From: Alphaproteobacteria bacterium | GTDB taxonomy: Bacteria; Pseudomonadota; Alphaproteobacteria; RF32; CAG-239 | Direction of reading: 5' to 3' | NCBI GenBank assembly: GCA_017444525.1 | Contig: JAFSWL010000014.1 | Coordinates: forward strand, 2,420-66,419 | Length of the DNA stretch: 64,000 nt | In this document: one piece after another, positions 43,988 through 53,613 of the stretch | Layout of the letters: the number at the start of each line of letters is the position of its first letter | How positions within the stretch are numbered: position 1 is the stretch's first letter | Notes under the pieces: generated by a model | The model's input: only the letters and a program-made list of their open reading frames with translations | Databases searched by the model: none | Told to the model about the DNA's origin: nothing | Position numbers and translations under genes: made by a program

Positions 43988-45307
43988 GTGTTGCAGAATT
44001 TTATGGGGATATTTCTGATGTCTGATAAATATTATATGCCACTTATAAATGGCAATGCTCAATCCGAAACTTCTTTTGGTATTAACTTGCTTTCTTTTAT
44101 TCTTGCCACTGCAATTTTGTTGCTGTGCAAATATCTTAATATACATGACTTAACCCACCTTTTTATCATATATGTCATTTCGCTTGTTTCTATTAACATC
44201 AGCCTTGAAATAATGTTCTATCCTGAAACATGCGTTTATACCAGATGGAAAATACGCCGCCATATTGATTGGAAGCGTGTTTTTTATAAAGAAGTGGCAC
44301 TTCTGGTTACATTAGCCGTTATCGGCTTTTTATATTGGTTACTGCCAATGTTTGCCTATAACGATTTCAAACTCATCTATTTCCCGTTTCTGAGATATTT
44401 AGTTCCGTTTATGTTGATTGCCAGCGTTCCGTATTTCTGTTTAATGGATAAAATAGATAAAGAACCGAATGATGTGTACTATGAACTCGGATACAGTATA
44501 ATTCATCTGAAAAAGATGAAAGGGTTTGCTTTTGGCAACTATGTGCGCAGCTGGTTAGTCAAGGCTTTTTGGCTCAGTTTGATGCAACCGGCAGCCGTTA
44601 AAGACATTAAATGGTTTATCAATCTGATATGGTCAAATGACCTCAATAACCCGTATGAGTGGTTTTGGAGAGCCAACAGCATGTGCTTTTTTATCGATTT
44701 AGCCTACACTGCTTCCGGTTATCTGGTTAACCTTAAAATTCTCAATTCGCATACACGCACGGCCGAGCCTACATTGTTAGGCTGGCTGGTTGCCATTATG
44801 TGTTATTGGCCGTTTTGGGGCATATTGTTTTATCCGTTCTTCTTCCGTTACGAAGTAATACAATGGATAGACTATTTCCGCGGCGGCAGCGCAATCTGGT
44901 GGACATGGTTCGGCATGATTATTTTCTTGGAGTTTTTATATTCTATGGCTACTGTTTCCGCCGGTTTCCGTTTTTCCAATCTTACATATCGCGGATTATG
45001 GAACACCGGACCATACAAATACACTAAACACCCGGCTTACGTTTTCAAAAACATCAGTTGGTGGTTGATAAGCATCCCGTTTATGGCAGCAACTCCGGCT
45101 TTAGCCATAAAACTGAGCTGCTTGCTTTTGGGTAACAATATTGTGTATTATATGCGTGCCAAAACCGAAGAGCGACATTTATCCCATTATCCGGAATATG
45201 TCGAATACGCATTGATGATGAATGAAAAAAGTATTTTCCGTGGTATGGCAAAAATATTTCCATTCTTGAAATACAAGCCACTGAAAGAAGAACAACGCCT
45301 ATTTTAA
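43988..45307 (+). CDS. polytopic membrane protein with a C-terminal ICMT/PEMT-like methyltransferase domain
   Basis: The C-terminal GPYKYTKHPAYVFKNISWW...RAKTEERHLSHYPEYVEY resembles the ICMT/PEMT family signature (RHPxY...EE..L). The N-terminal ~250 aa is an extra multi-TM region. The start is uncertain (ATGs at 43988-44036). Confidence 0.6.
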   Translation: MLQNFMGIFLMSDKYYMPLINGNAQSETSFGINLLSFILATAILLLCKYLNIHDLTHLFIIYVISLVSINISLEIMFYPETCVYTRWKIRRHIDWKRVFYKEVALLVTLAVIGFLYWLLPMFAYNDFKLIYFPFLRYLVPFMLIASVPYFCLMDKIDKEPNDVYYELGYSIIHLKKMKGFAFGNYVRSWLVKAFWLSLMQPAAVKDIKWFINLIWSNDLNNPYEWFWRANSMCFFIDLAYTASGYLVNLKILNSHTRTAEPTLLGWLVAIMCYWPFWGILFYPFFFRYEVIQWIDYFRGGSAIWWTWFGMIIFLEFLYSMATVSAGFRFSNLTYRGLWNTGPYKYTKHPAYVFKNISWWLISIPFMAATPALAIKLSCLLLGNNIVYYMRAKTEERHLSHYPEYVEYALMMNEKSIFRGMAKIFPFLKYKPLKEEQRLF

Positions 45308-45314
45308 TTATCAT

Positions 45315-45340
45315 GCATCGCTTCAATCGCGGTGCTTTTT
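45315..45340 (+). terminator. intrinsic terminator of the ICMT-like gene
   Basis: GCATCGC-ttcaatc-GCGGTGC is 7 bp with one G-U pair, followed by T5. Confidence 0.6.
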
Positions 45341-45475
45341 AATATTCTTCCTTCAACAAAATGCGGCAATTACTGCCTCTTGCCATATTTACGCCGGCGT
45401 AACTGTTAAATTCGGCAATTATGCCGAAATGTCGGAGCATCCGACAGAAAATTCGATAATACCTTTAATCTGCTG

Positions 45476-45513
45476 TTGCGTCTCTTTCGACCGCTTCATT
45501 GAAAGAGACGCAA
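45476..45513. other. perfect 13-bp hairpin without a U tract, in a 342-nt ORF-free spacer
   Basis: TTGCGTCTCTTTC-gaccgcttcatt-GAAAGAGACGCAA. Confidence 0.5.
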
Positions 45514-45649
45514 ATCTTTACAGATAGTGCATTTTTTGCTTGGCTTAAATGATACATTTATTAAAAAACTGTAGACTATTTTATTTTCGTTGTAGCGAAT
45601 TAAAAACTTTTACTATATATCTATAGCTAAATGTTTTTATGAGGAGAAA

Positions 45650-46108
45650 ATGTTGTTTTCGGGCATTATAGCCATTATTGCAGCTCTATTGGCAGATCAA
45701 TTGAGCAAATATTTATTGATGAATAACTTATCTGACGGAGAAATTATTCCGCTCGGAAGTTATTTTAGTTTGGTAAAGGTGTGGAATACCGGCGTAAGTT
45801 TCTCAATGTTCAACAATCACGGTAGCATCGGCTGCGTGCTTTTATGCACATTGTCCCTCATAATTTGTGCCTTTTTATTATATTGGATGCACAAAGAAAC
45901 TGACCGCTTGAAAATAACCGGACTTGGTATGATTATCGGCGGAGCACTCGGAAATGTACTGGATCGCATTCGTTTCGGTGCCGTGCTTGATTTTTTGGAT
46001 TTTCACTATGAGACATATCACTGGCCGGCATTCAATTTGGCGGATACATTTATTTGTATCGGTGCTTGCCTTTTGATTGTTTTGGAAATATTTAATGGAA
46101 AAAAATAA
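45650..46108 (+). CDS. lspA: lipoprotein signal peptidase II
   Basis: 152 aa, four TM segments. VWNTGVSFSMF and GGALGNVLDRIRFGAVLDFLDF are LspA signatures. Confidence 0.85.
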   Translation: MLFSGIIAIIAALLADQLSKYLLMNNLSDGEIIPLGSYFSLVKVWNTGVSFSMFNNHGSIGCVLLCTLSLIICAFLLYWMHKETDRLKITGLGMIIGGALGNVLDRIRFGAVLDFLDFHYETYHWPAFNLADTFICIGACLLIVLEIFNGKK

Positions 46109-46118
46109 GGGAGGAAAA

Positions 46119-46319
46119 ATGAAAAAACTTTGTTTAACTGTGGCAATTGTTGCGATTATGGCAACAAGTTCTTGCGGATGGACTAAGAAAAAACTCGGAT
46201 TTACGCAAACAGGACCTGATGAAACATTGGTTCAGACCAATGATCCGCTGATTTTACCGCCTGAATTTAATGTCAGACCGAAAAAAACGACTCCGGCAAA
46301 AGAGGAAGATTCGGAATAA
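46119..46319 (+). CDS. small lipoprotein (DUF3035-like)
   Basis: GGGAGG SD. MKKLCLTVAIVAIMATSSC lipobox. PDETLVQTNDPLILPPEF resembles the alphaproteobacterial DUF3035 family. The track start at 46077 overlaps lspA. Confidence 0.7.
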   Translation: MKKLCLTVAIVAIMATSSCGWTKKKLGFTQTGPDETLVQTNDPLILPPEFNVRPKKTTPAKEEDSE

Positions 46320-46339
46320 TAATTACTGAACGTTAACCC

Positions 46340-47680
46340 ATGAACAAACTATTCGGATATGTACTTTTTTTCTTGAGTATCGCCATTGCAGTCGATGCCA
46401 AAATGTTTAAGGCAGACGAATTTTTGCTGGATAATGGTTTACGTGTTGTTGTGGTCGAAAATCATAAAGCTCCGTTGATAAAACAAATGTTATGGTATCA
46501 AGTCGGAGCTGTAGACGAGTTTCGAGGTCATGGCGGCAGTGCTCACCTGTTGGAACATTTATTGTTTCGCGGAACTGCTAAGATCAGCGGAGATGAATTT
46601 AACCGTATTATGGAAAAAAACGGTGCAGAATCAAATGCTTTTACCAGTTATGAAGTTACTTCATATCACCAATTCGCCGATATCAGCCGCTTGGAAGTTT
46701 TGTTGGCACTTGAAGCCGATAGAATGCAAAACCTGAAAATCAGTGCCGATGATTTTGAAGCCGAACGCAAAATAGTATTTGAAGAACGCAAGCAGGTTGT
46801 TGAAAACAATCCGGCCTCTCCTTTTTATGAGCGTTTGCAACAAATGCTGTGGGGAACATCGCCTTATGGACGGCCCATTACAGGATTGCCTGAAGAGATT
46901 CTGTCGCTGAAATTCGATGACACACTTGACTTTTATCGTAAATATTACGTACCGAATAACGCAATATTGGTTCTTTCCGGTGATATAGATGTTGCAACTG
47001 CACGCCCTTTGGTTGAAAAATATTACGGCAAGCTAAAAAGTAATCCGCTTAAGCGTGAATTGCCGGCCTCTGTAACGGAGCAATTTCACCAACAACTGCA
47101 AATGAGTTTACCGCATATCGCAACTCCGCGCGTTACACGGATGTTTATGTTGCCGCCACGTAAAGAATTGCAGGATAAAATATATGCCTATGATATATTG
47201 TCAGAATTTTTGGGAGGCGGAGAAACAGCTGAAATGTATCGTGATTTAGTGCTGCGTAAACGCATTGCTGTCAGTGTGAGTACCAGTTATAACTATATGA
47301 CACGCTCCAACACAGTTTTTACCCTATCGCTGATTCCGAATACAGAAAAGTCATTCACACCGGAATACGCGATTACTGCTCTTAATACATCTTTGATAAA
47401 AGCCCGTAATGCCTTAACTGAAGAACGTTTAGAGCAAATAAAGCGCAAAATATCGGCCAATATGGTATACCTTAATGATAATCCACAAACCGCCGCCAGT
47501 TGGATTGGATATATGCTCTCCATGGGATTCGACTTAAATGAAATTCAAAATTATGAAAATAAATTGAATGCCGTTCAGCTCAAAGATGTACATCAAGCTT
47601 TTGATGAACTGTTGCAAGCTTCTGATATAATCGGCATTTTACTGCCTTCCTCCGATATCAGGAGAGATCATGATGAATAA
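46340..47680 (+). CDS. M16-family zinc peptidase (active subunit)
   Basis: Signal peptide and inverted zinc motif HLLEHLLFRGT (HxxEH). Confidence 0.85.
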   Translation: MNKLFGYVLFFLSIAIAVDAKMFKADEFLLDNGLRVVVVENHKAPLIKQMLWYQVGAVDEFRGHGGSAHLLEHLLFRGTAKISGDEFNRIMEKNGAESNAFTSYEVTSYHQFADISRLEVLLALEADRMQNLKISADDFEAERKIVFEERKQVVENNPASPFYERLQQMLWGTSPYGRPITGLPEEILSLKFDDTLDFYRKYYVPNNAILVLSGDIDVATARPLVEKYYGKLKSNPLKRELPASVTEQFHQQLQMSLPHIATPRVTRMFMLPPRKELQDKIYAYDILSEFLGGGETAEMYRDLVLRKRIAVSVSTSYNYMTRSNTVFTLSLIPNTEKSFTPEYAITALNTSLIKARNALTEERLEQIKRKISANMVYLNDNPQTAASWIGYMLSMGFDLNEIQNYENKLNAVQLKDVHQAFDELLQASDIIGILLPSSDIRRDHDE

Positions 47681-49067
47681 AAAGAAAATATTTAAGCTAT
47701 TGCTTACCGTTCTGCTTATATGCTGTACTCTACTGACGCTTTATCAACGCAATTCCGCCATTGATACCGAACGCATTTTACAGCAATCGGTATTAAAAGA
47801 TAAAACCTTTGCTTCGCATGTGCAACAAATTGAGGCTGACGGGATTACTGCATATTTGTTAGAAGAACATTCAGTTCCGATTATTGCTCTGAATTTTACG
47901 TTTGAACGGGCAGGTACAGCGTATGAACCCGAAAACAAACAAGGTCTAACATTACTTTTAACCGAAATGCTGATGAACGGTGCCGGTGATTATGATGCCC
48001 TGCAATTTAAGGATATCAGTGAAGAATATGGTGTGCGGATAAGTTTCAGTGCCGATACCGATGATTTTGACGGTTTTTTGCAGATGCCCACCGCTAATGT
48101 TGATATGGGTATTAAATTGCTGACTTCGACACTATATAAACCATATTTCACCTATGATTATATAACACTTACTCAAAATAAGATGCAAACGGCTTTACGC
48201 AACAATCATGAACACATCGGCAGTGTGTTGGCAGATAAGTTTGCGGAAATTATGTATGCTGGACATCCATATTCCCGTCCGGCCATTGGCAAAACCGAAA
48301 CCATTGCCGGATTAACTCGCAGTGATTTGATTACTTATATGCATCAACATTTTACAAAACAAAACCTGATTATCGGTATTGCCGGTGATATTACTCCGTC
48401 TGCTGCAAAACTCCTCATACACAACATATTCGGTCGTTTACCGCAACAACCGCAAACCGAACGCATTGCCGCTGTAAAACTTGAAACAACCGGTGCTCAG
48501 CACTATATAGACTTTACCGCGCCGCAAACAATGACACGTTTTGCCGTAAAAGGAACGCACCGACTCAGTGATGACTTTTATCCACTATACTTGGCTAATT
48601 ATATTTTCGGAGGTTCTGGGCTTGGTTCCAAAATATCTAAAGTTATACGTGAAGAAAATGGATTAACATACGGAATTTACACATATTTAGTAGCTAAAGA
48701 TACATTAACTTTACTTGTCGGAGGTTATTCTGCCACACCTGATAATTTTAGAAAAGCGCAAGAAATGCTGTTGCATGAATGGCATAAAATGGGAGAAAAC
48801 GGTGTCACGGAACAAGAACTTCAACAAGCAAAAGAAGCTCTTATTGCCTCGCATAATTTACGTTTTGCCTCTACCGGAGGAATTGCTGAAATGCTGACAG
48901 CTATGCAGAAATATAAATTAGGTATAGATTTTTTGGAAAAACGCAATGATTATTTGCGTGAGGTTACTTTAGAACAAGTAAATGCGGCAGCTCGCAAATA
49001 TTTCGGACAAATCCCGGATTTTGTGATTGTCGGAAAACAAAAAACGAAACAAGAGGAGAAAAAATAA
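47670..49067 (+). CDS. M16-family peptidase-like protein (no HxxEH; probably the non-catalytic partner)
   Basis: Same fold pattern and length as the upstream gene, but LLLTEMLMNGAG replaces the zinc motif. Overlaps the upstream gene by 11 nt. Confidence 0.75.
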   Translation: MMNKKKIFKLLLTVLLICCTLLTLYQRNSAIDTERILQQSVLKDKTFASHVQQIEADGITAYLLEEHSVPIIALNFTFERAGTAYEPENKQGLTLLLTEMLMNGAGDYDALQFKDISEEYGVRISFSADTDDFDGFLQMPTANVDMGIKLLTSTLYKPYFTYDYITLTQNKMQTALRNNHEHIGSVLADKFAEIMYAGHPYSRPAIGKTETIAGLTRSDLITYMHQHFTKQNLIIGIAGDITPSAAKLLIHNIFGRLPQQPQTERIAAVKLETTGAQHYIDFTAPQTMTRFAVKGTHRLSDDFYPLYLANYIFGGSGLGSKISKVIREENGLTYGIYTYLVAKDTLTLLVGGYSATPDNFRKAQEMLLHEWHKMGENGVTEQELQQAKEALIASHNLRFASTGGIAEMLTAMQKYKLGIDFLEKRNDYLREVTLEQVNAAARKYFGQIPDFVIVGKQKTKQEEKK

Positions 49068-50707
49068 TGTTTGGAAAATCAAAAAACAAGGCATGGAAAC
49101 AGCTCGAAAGTATTTATAAACATTTCGCCGGAACACAAATGAAAGATATGTTTGCTGCCGATCCTAAACGTGCTGAAAAATATTCGGAGCAACTTGAAAG
49201 TATGCTGATTGATTATTCCAAAAACCTGATTAACAGCGAAGTAATGGCAGCTTTGTTCAATTTAGCCAGAGAACGAGGATTGAAAGAAAAAATCGCTGAT
49301 ATGTTTGCCGGCAAAAAAATCAACACCACTGAAAATCGTGCAGTTTTGCATACGGCATTACGCAACCGCGCCGATACCCCTATTTATGTGGACGGACGCG
49401 ATGTAATGCCTCAAATTGATGCCGCACTTGATAAAATAAGAGATTTTTCGGAAGCTGTTCGCCTCGGCCGCTTTACCGGATATACTGGCAAAAAGCTGAC
49501 AAATATAGTTAATATAGGCATCGGCGGCTCCGATTTAGGTCCATTTATGGCTTGTGAAGCACTGCGTCATTATTGGGCAAAAGATATTAACTGCTACTTT
49601 ATTTCCAACATTGACGGCACCGGTTGTGCTGAAGTATTAAACAAGATTGATCCGGAAACAACCTTATTTATTATAGCTTCAAAAACCTTTACTACCATTG
49701 AAACTTTGACTAACGCACGCACTTGCCGCAAATGGTTGGTTGATGCTTTAGGTGAACACGCTGTAGCGAAGCACTTTATTGCCCTTTCCACCAACAAAGA
49801 AGAAGTAGAAAAGTTTGGCATAAATTCAGATAATATGTTTGCTTTTTGGGATTTTGTGGGCGGTCGTTATTCAATATGGTCTTCCATTGGCATGATTATT
49901 GCCATTGCAATCGGATACAAAAATTTTGAGCGCATGCTCGATGGAGCTTATGCCATGGATAAGCATTTTACTGAAACGGAATTTGAACATAACATTCCGG
50001 TAATACTGGCTCTTATAGGTGTATGGTACAATAATTTCTATGGCATACATCGTTATTGCGTTATTCCGTATGATCAATATCTGCGCTATTTTCCGGCTTA
50101 TTTACAGCAAATGGATATGGAAAGCAACGGCAAATCAATATCACTTGACAACAAATATGTTGATTATTCAACAGGGCCGGTATTATTCGGCGGAGCCGGC
50201 ACCGATGTTCAACACTCTTTTTTCCAACTGTTACATCAGGGAACCGAAATTGTTCCGACAGATTTGATTGTTCCGGCTATTTCACATAACGAAATCGGCG
50301 CACATCATCAAATTCTGCTGGCCAATGTTTTGGCTCAAGGTGAAGCCTTAATGCATGGGAAAACCGAAGATGAAACCATTGCAGAACTTGAGGCAGCTGG
50401 GAAATCATCGACCGAAATTAACCGTTTGAAAAAATACAAAAGTTTCAGCGGCAACCGCCCGACGAATACCATTGTTTTAAGGAAGATTGATCCTTATTCA
50501 CTAGGTATGCTGATAGCAATGTACGAGCATAAAGTATTTGTACAAGGAGTTATCTGGAACATCAATTCGTTTGATCAATTTGGTGTCGAACTCGGCAAAA
50601 AAATGGCTTTAAATATTCTGCCGGAACTACAGGGAATGAATCGAAATACTCAACATGACTGCTCGACTTCAGCATTAATAAGTTACATAAAAAAAATACG
50701 AAAATAG
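49067..50707 (+). CDS. pgi: glucose-6-phosphate isomerase
   Basis: 546 aa. NIGIGGSDLGP, FIIASKTFTT and GGRYSIWS are motifs typical of PGI. Confidence 0.9.
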   Translation: MFGKSKNKAWKQLESIYKHFAGTQMKDMFAADPKRAEKYSEQLESMLIDYSKNLINSEVMAALFNLARERGLKEKIADMFAGKKINTTENRAVLHTALRNRADTPIYVDGRDVMPQIDAALDKIRDFSEAVRLGRFTGYTGKKLTNIVNIGIGGSDLGPFMACEALRHYWAKDINCYFISNIDGTGCAEVLNKIDPETTLFIIASKTFTTIETLTNARTCRKWLVDALGEHAVAKHFIALSTNKEEVEKFGINSDNMFAFWDFVGGRYSIWSSIGMIIAIAIGYKNFERMLDGAYAMDKHFTETEFEHNIPVILALIGVWYNNFYGIHRYCVIPYDQYLRYFPAYLQQMDMESNGKSISLDNKYVDYSTGPVLFGGAGTDVQHSFFQLLHQGTEIVPTDLIVPAISHNEIGAHHQILLANVLAQGEALMHGKTEDETIAELEAAGKSSTEINRLKKYKSFSGNRPTNTIVLRKIDPYSLGMLIAMYEHKVFVQGVIWNINSFDQFGVELGKKMALNILPELQGMNRNTQHDCSTSALISYIKKIRK

Positions 50708-50719
50708 AGTGTATTATAA

Positions 50720-52558
50720 ATGAATATTCGTGTATTACCTTCAAATTTAATCAATCAAATAGCTGCTGGTGAAGTAATTGAAAGACCTGCTTCTGTTCTG
50801 AAAGAATTGGTGGAAAATGCCATTGATGCCGGCGCCCATAAAATTGAAGTTTCTTTAACAGGAGGCGGCAAAAATATCTTAACCGTAACCGACAATGGTA
50901 ATGGTATGTCTCCCGAAGAGCTGAATTTGGCGGTAGAAAGACACGCTACTTCTAAATTACCGGATGATGATTTATTTCAAATTAATTTCTTGGGTTTTCG
51001 CGGTGAAGCACTGCCTTCCATCGGTTCTGTCTCCCACTTGAGCATAATTTCACGCCAAAAAGGCAGCTCCGAAGGAGCTAAAATAAACGTCAGCGGCGGC
51101 ATCAAAAGCTCGGTTGAACCGGCAGCCATCAGCATTGGTACACGAATTGAAGTGCGTGATTTATTTTATACAACACCGGCAAGACTTAAATTCTTAAAAT
51201 CTGATTCGGCAGAAGCCGCTCAATGCGTAGATATGCTACAAAGAATTGCTCTTGCTAATCCGAATATTGCTTTCTATTTATATGCCGACGGAAAGAAAAA
51301 AATGGCATTAAATGCCTGCGAAAGCGAACTTCTGCAAGCCAGACGGCAGAGAATTGCCGAAGTTTTGGGAACTGAATTCAATGATAATTCAGTGCCGATT
51401 ACCGCTCAAAACGACTTTTGCGATATCAGCGGCTTTGTTAGTATTCCTACCTATAATAAAGCCAATTCGTTATCTGAATTTTTGTTTGTAAATAATCGTC
51501 CGGTGCGCGATAAGCTGATTCTAGGTGCAATTAAAGGAGCTTATCAAGATATGATAATATCCGGCCGCTATCCGGTTTGTGCAATTTTTATTCGCGTAAA
51601 TCCACGCTATGTCGATGTTAATGTACATCCGACCAAAGCTGAAGTACGTTTTTATGATAACGGAGCAGTGCGCGGATTGTTAGTTGGAGCCATTCGCAAC
51701 GCACTAAGCGCCGGTGGTCAACACAGTGCACAAACCGATAATATGGAACGTCTGCTGCAGCAGATGCAAGAAGAAACTCAACGTTTTCAGGAATTGCATA
51801 ATATTACAACAGATTTTTCGGTTCACGACTTTACTCCTACAAATCATTGTCTGAAATTTCCACTTAAACAAAGCGGTTATTCATCCCATACTTCGCCTCT
51901 CGAATTACCGGAATTTCAGCACCAGCACTCCGTACGGGTGGCTGAAGTTCCATCCACTCAAACACTTGAGCAAGTCGGAGAGCTAGGCTTAGCTAAAGCA
52001 CAATTTCACAATACATACATTATCTCGCAAACCGAAGACAGCATCATAATTGTTGACCAGCATGCTGCCCATGAACGTATCACCATGGAACGACTTAAGC
52101 AAAATATGGCAAAACATGAACGAGTACCGGCACAGCTTTTATTAATTCCCGAAGTTGTTGATCTGAGCTTGTTGGAAAAAGAAAATATTCTGGAATATGC
52201 AAAAACCTTATCTTCTCTTGGTTTATCGATTGAAGAATTTGGTCCGCGAGCCGTTTTGGTACGTGAAATTCCAGCTATTTTGGGAGATACCGATGTAAAA
52301 AAACTGATTAAAGACCTAGCTGCGCAAATCTCTGAATGGGGTAATGCTTATGCTTTAACCGATAAAATCCATCACATTTGCGCCACTATTGCTTGTCATG
52401 GCTCGATCCGCGCCGGCAGAGCATTAAATATAGAAGAAATGAATCATCTTTTGCGCGATATGGAACACACTGAACATTCGGGACAATGCAATCACGGTCG
52501 TCCCACATACGTAAAAATCAAATTGATTGATATCGAGAAGCTGTTTGAACGCAGATAA
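50720..52558 (+). CDS. mutL: DNA mismatch repair protein MutL
   Basis: GHKL ATPase motifs LVENAIDAGA, DNGNGM and GFRGEAL. C-terminal dimerisation domain with CNHGRPT. Confidence 0.9.
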   Translation: MNIRVLPSNLINQIAAGEVIERPASVLKELVENAIDAGAHKIEVSLTGGGKNILTVTDNGNGMSPEELNLAVERHATSKLPDDDLFQINFLGFRGEALPSIGSVSHLSIISRQKGSSEGAKINVSGGIKSSVEPAAISIGTRIEVRDLFYTTPARLKFLKSDSAEAAQCVDMLQRIALANPNIAFYLYADGKKKMALNACESELLQARRQRIAEVLGTEFNDNSVPITAQNDFCDISGFVSIPTYNKANSLSEFLFVNNRPVRDKLILGAIKGAYQDMIISGRYPVCAIFIRVNPRYVDVNVHPTKAEVRFYDNGAVRGLLVGAIRNALSAGGQHSAQTDNMERLLQQMQEETQRFQELHNITTDFSVHDFTPTNHCLKFPLKQSGYSSHTSPLELPEFQHQHSVRVAEVPSTQTLEQVGELGLAKAQFHNTYIISQTEDSIIIVDQHAAHERITMERLKQNMAKHERVPAQLLLIPEVVDLSLLEKENILEYAKTLSSLGLSIEEFGPRAVLVREIPAILGDTDVKKLIKDLAAQISEWGNAYALTDKIHHICATIACHGSIRAGRALNIEEMNHLLRDMEHTEHSGQCNHGRPTYVKIKLIDIEKLFERR

Positions 52559-52590
52559 CTGAATTCAACCTTATCCAACTTATAAAAATT

Positions 52591-52624
52591 AAGCGCCTCA
52601 GCCTAAAACTGAGACGCTTTTTTG
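52591..52624. terminator. terminator between mutL and cvpA
   Basis: AAGCGCCTCAG-cctaaaa-CTGAGACGCTT is 11 bp with one mismatch, followed by T6. Confidence 0.65.
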
Positions 52625-52637
52625 TTGTATGAAGATA

Positions 52638-53603
52638 CTACTGAGCCGCATCCGGAACTTCTTTTTCTATAACATCTTCTATCGTCGGCTCCGAATTATT
52701 AAATTCTTCTATAGTCTTTTTCATTTGCGGTGCTGTTGGTTTGTTATTTGTTACCGGTTCGTCGGTTACGACATCTTCCAACACATCGAGAATCTTATCT
52801 AAATCAGAAACAATTCCATCGGTTGTCGAATCACTGCTCTGTTCATCGACTGTCGCCTTATCTGCCGTCTTCGGCTGCGCCAGCTGATTAAATAGTTTCT
52901 CACCGTTCTGCTGCAGAACTTCCAAATTATTATCAATAAATTCAAAAGTTCCACGCAAACCGTCCTTCTTAGCGGCATCAGTCTCCTCATTTTCTGATTT
53001 GGAAACAGCGTTTTGATCTTTTATTTCAGCGTCGTTACCTGTATTTTCATCAGTTTCTTTCTTTTCTTCGACTTTACCGAAGCCTAAACTCTCACTCTTG
53101 GCCTTAAATCCATCTACCCAACTCTGCGGAATCATTGCCTTCAACGGTTCGACACATGCTGCTGCCTGCTGATATATTTGTGATTCGGCGAATGCTCCTT
53201 TTTGCGTCTCCGCCGGAATTAATGTTGAAAACATTAAAGCAACCAAAATCACAATCAGTACCCCGCGTGCAGTACCGAATACAAAACCGAAAATACGATC
53301 CAGCGCACTCAATTTGCTTGAACGTATCACAGAAGCCAATTTATCGGCTGTCAACACCCAAATTATACTGAATACAATCAAAACCGCCATACCGGTTACC
53401 AAATTAGATAAAATCTTAGATGCAATATATTTCTCTGTAAACGGGTTCAACATCGGCACCAAATAAAACAATGCTGCAGCCGCCAAAATCCATCCGATAA
53501 CAGATAACAGTTCCTTTGTCATCCCTCTGGCAATACCTACCAGTGACGAAATTCCTATAATAATTAAAAAGATGACATCCAGATTATTGAGTTGTTGTTC
53601 CAT
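52638..53603 (-). CDS. cvpA: CvpA-family membrane protein with a long acidic C-terminal tail
   Basis: N-terminal LDVIFLIIIGISSLVGIARGMTKE and four TMs typical of CvpA. The C-terminal ~150 aa are E/D/T-rich. Confidence 0.65.
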   Translation of the reverse strand: MEQQLNNLDVIFLIIIGISSLVGIARGMTKELLSVIGWILAAAALFYLVPMLNPFTEKYIASKILSNLVTGMAVLIVFSIIWVLTADKLASVIRSSKLSALDRIFGFVFGTARGVLIVILVALMFSTLIPAETQKGAFAESQIYQQAAACVEPLKAMIPQSWVDGFKAKSESLGFGKVEEKKETDENTGNDAEIKDQNAVSKSENEETDAAKKDGLRGTFEFIDNNLEVLQQNGEKLFNQLAQPKTADKATVDEQSSDSTTDGIVSDLDKILDVLEDVVTDEPVTNNKPTAPQMKKTIEEFNNSEPTIEDVIEKEVPDAAQ

Positions 53604-53613
53604 TTATCTACTC

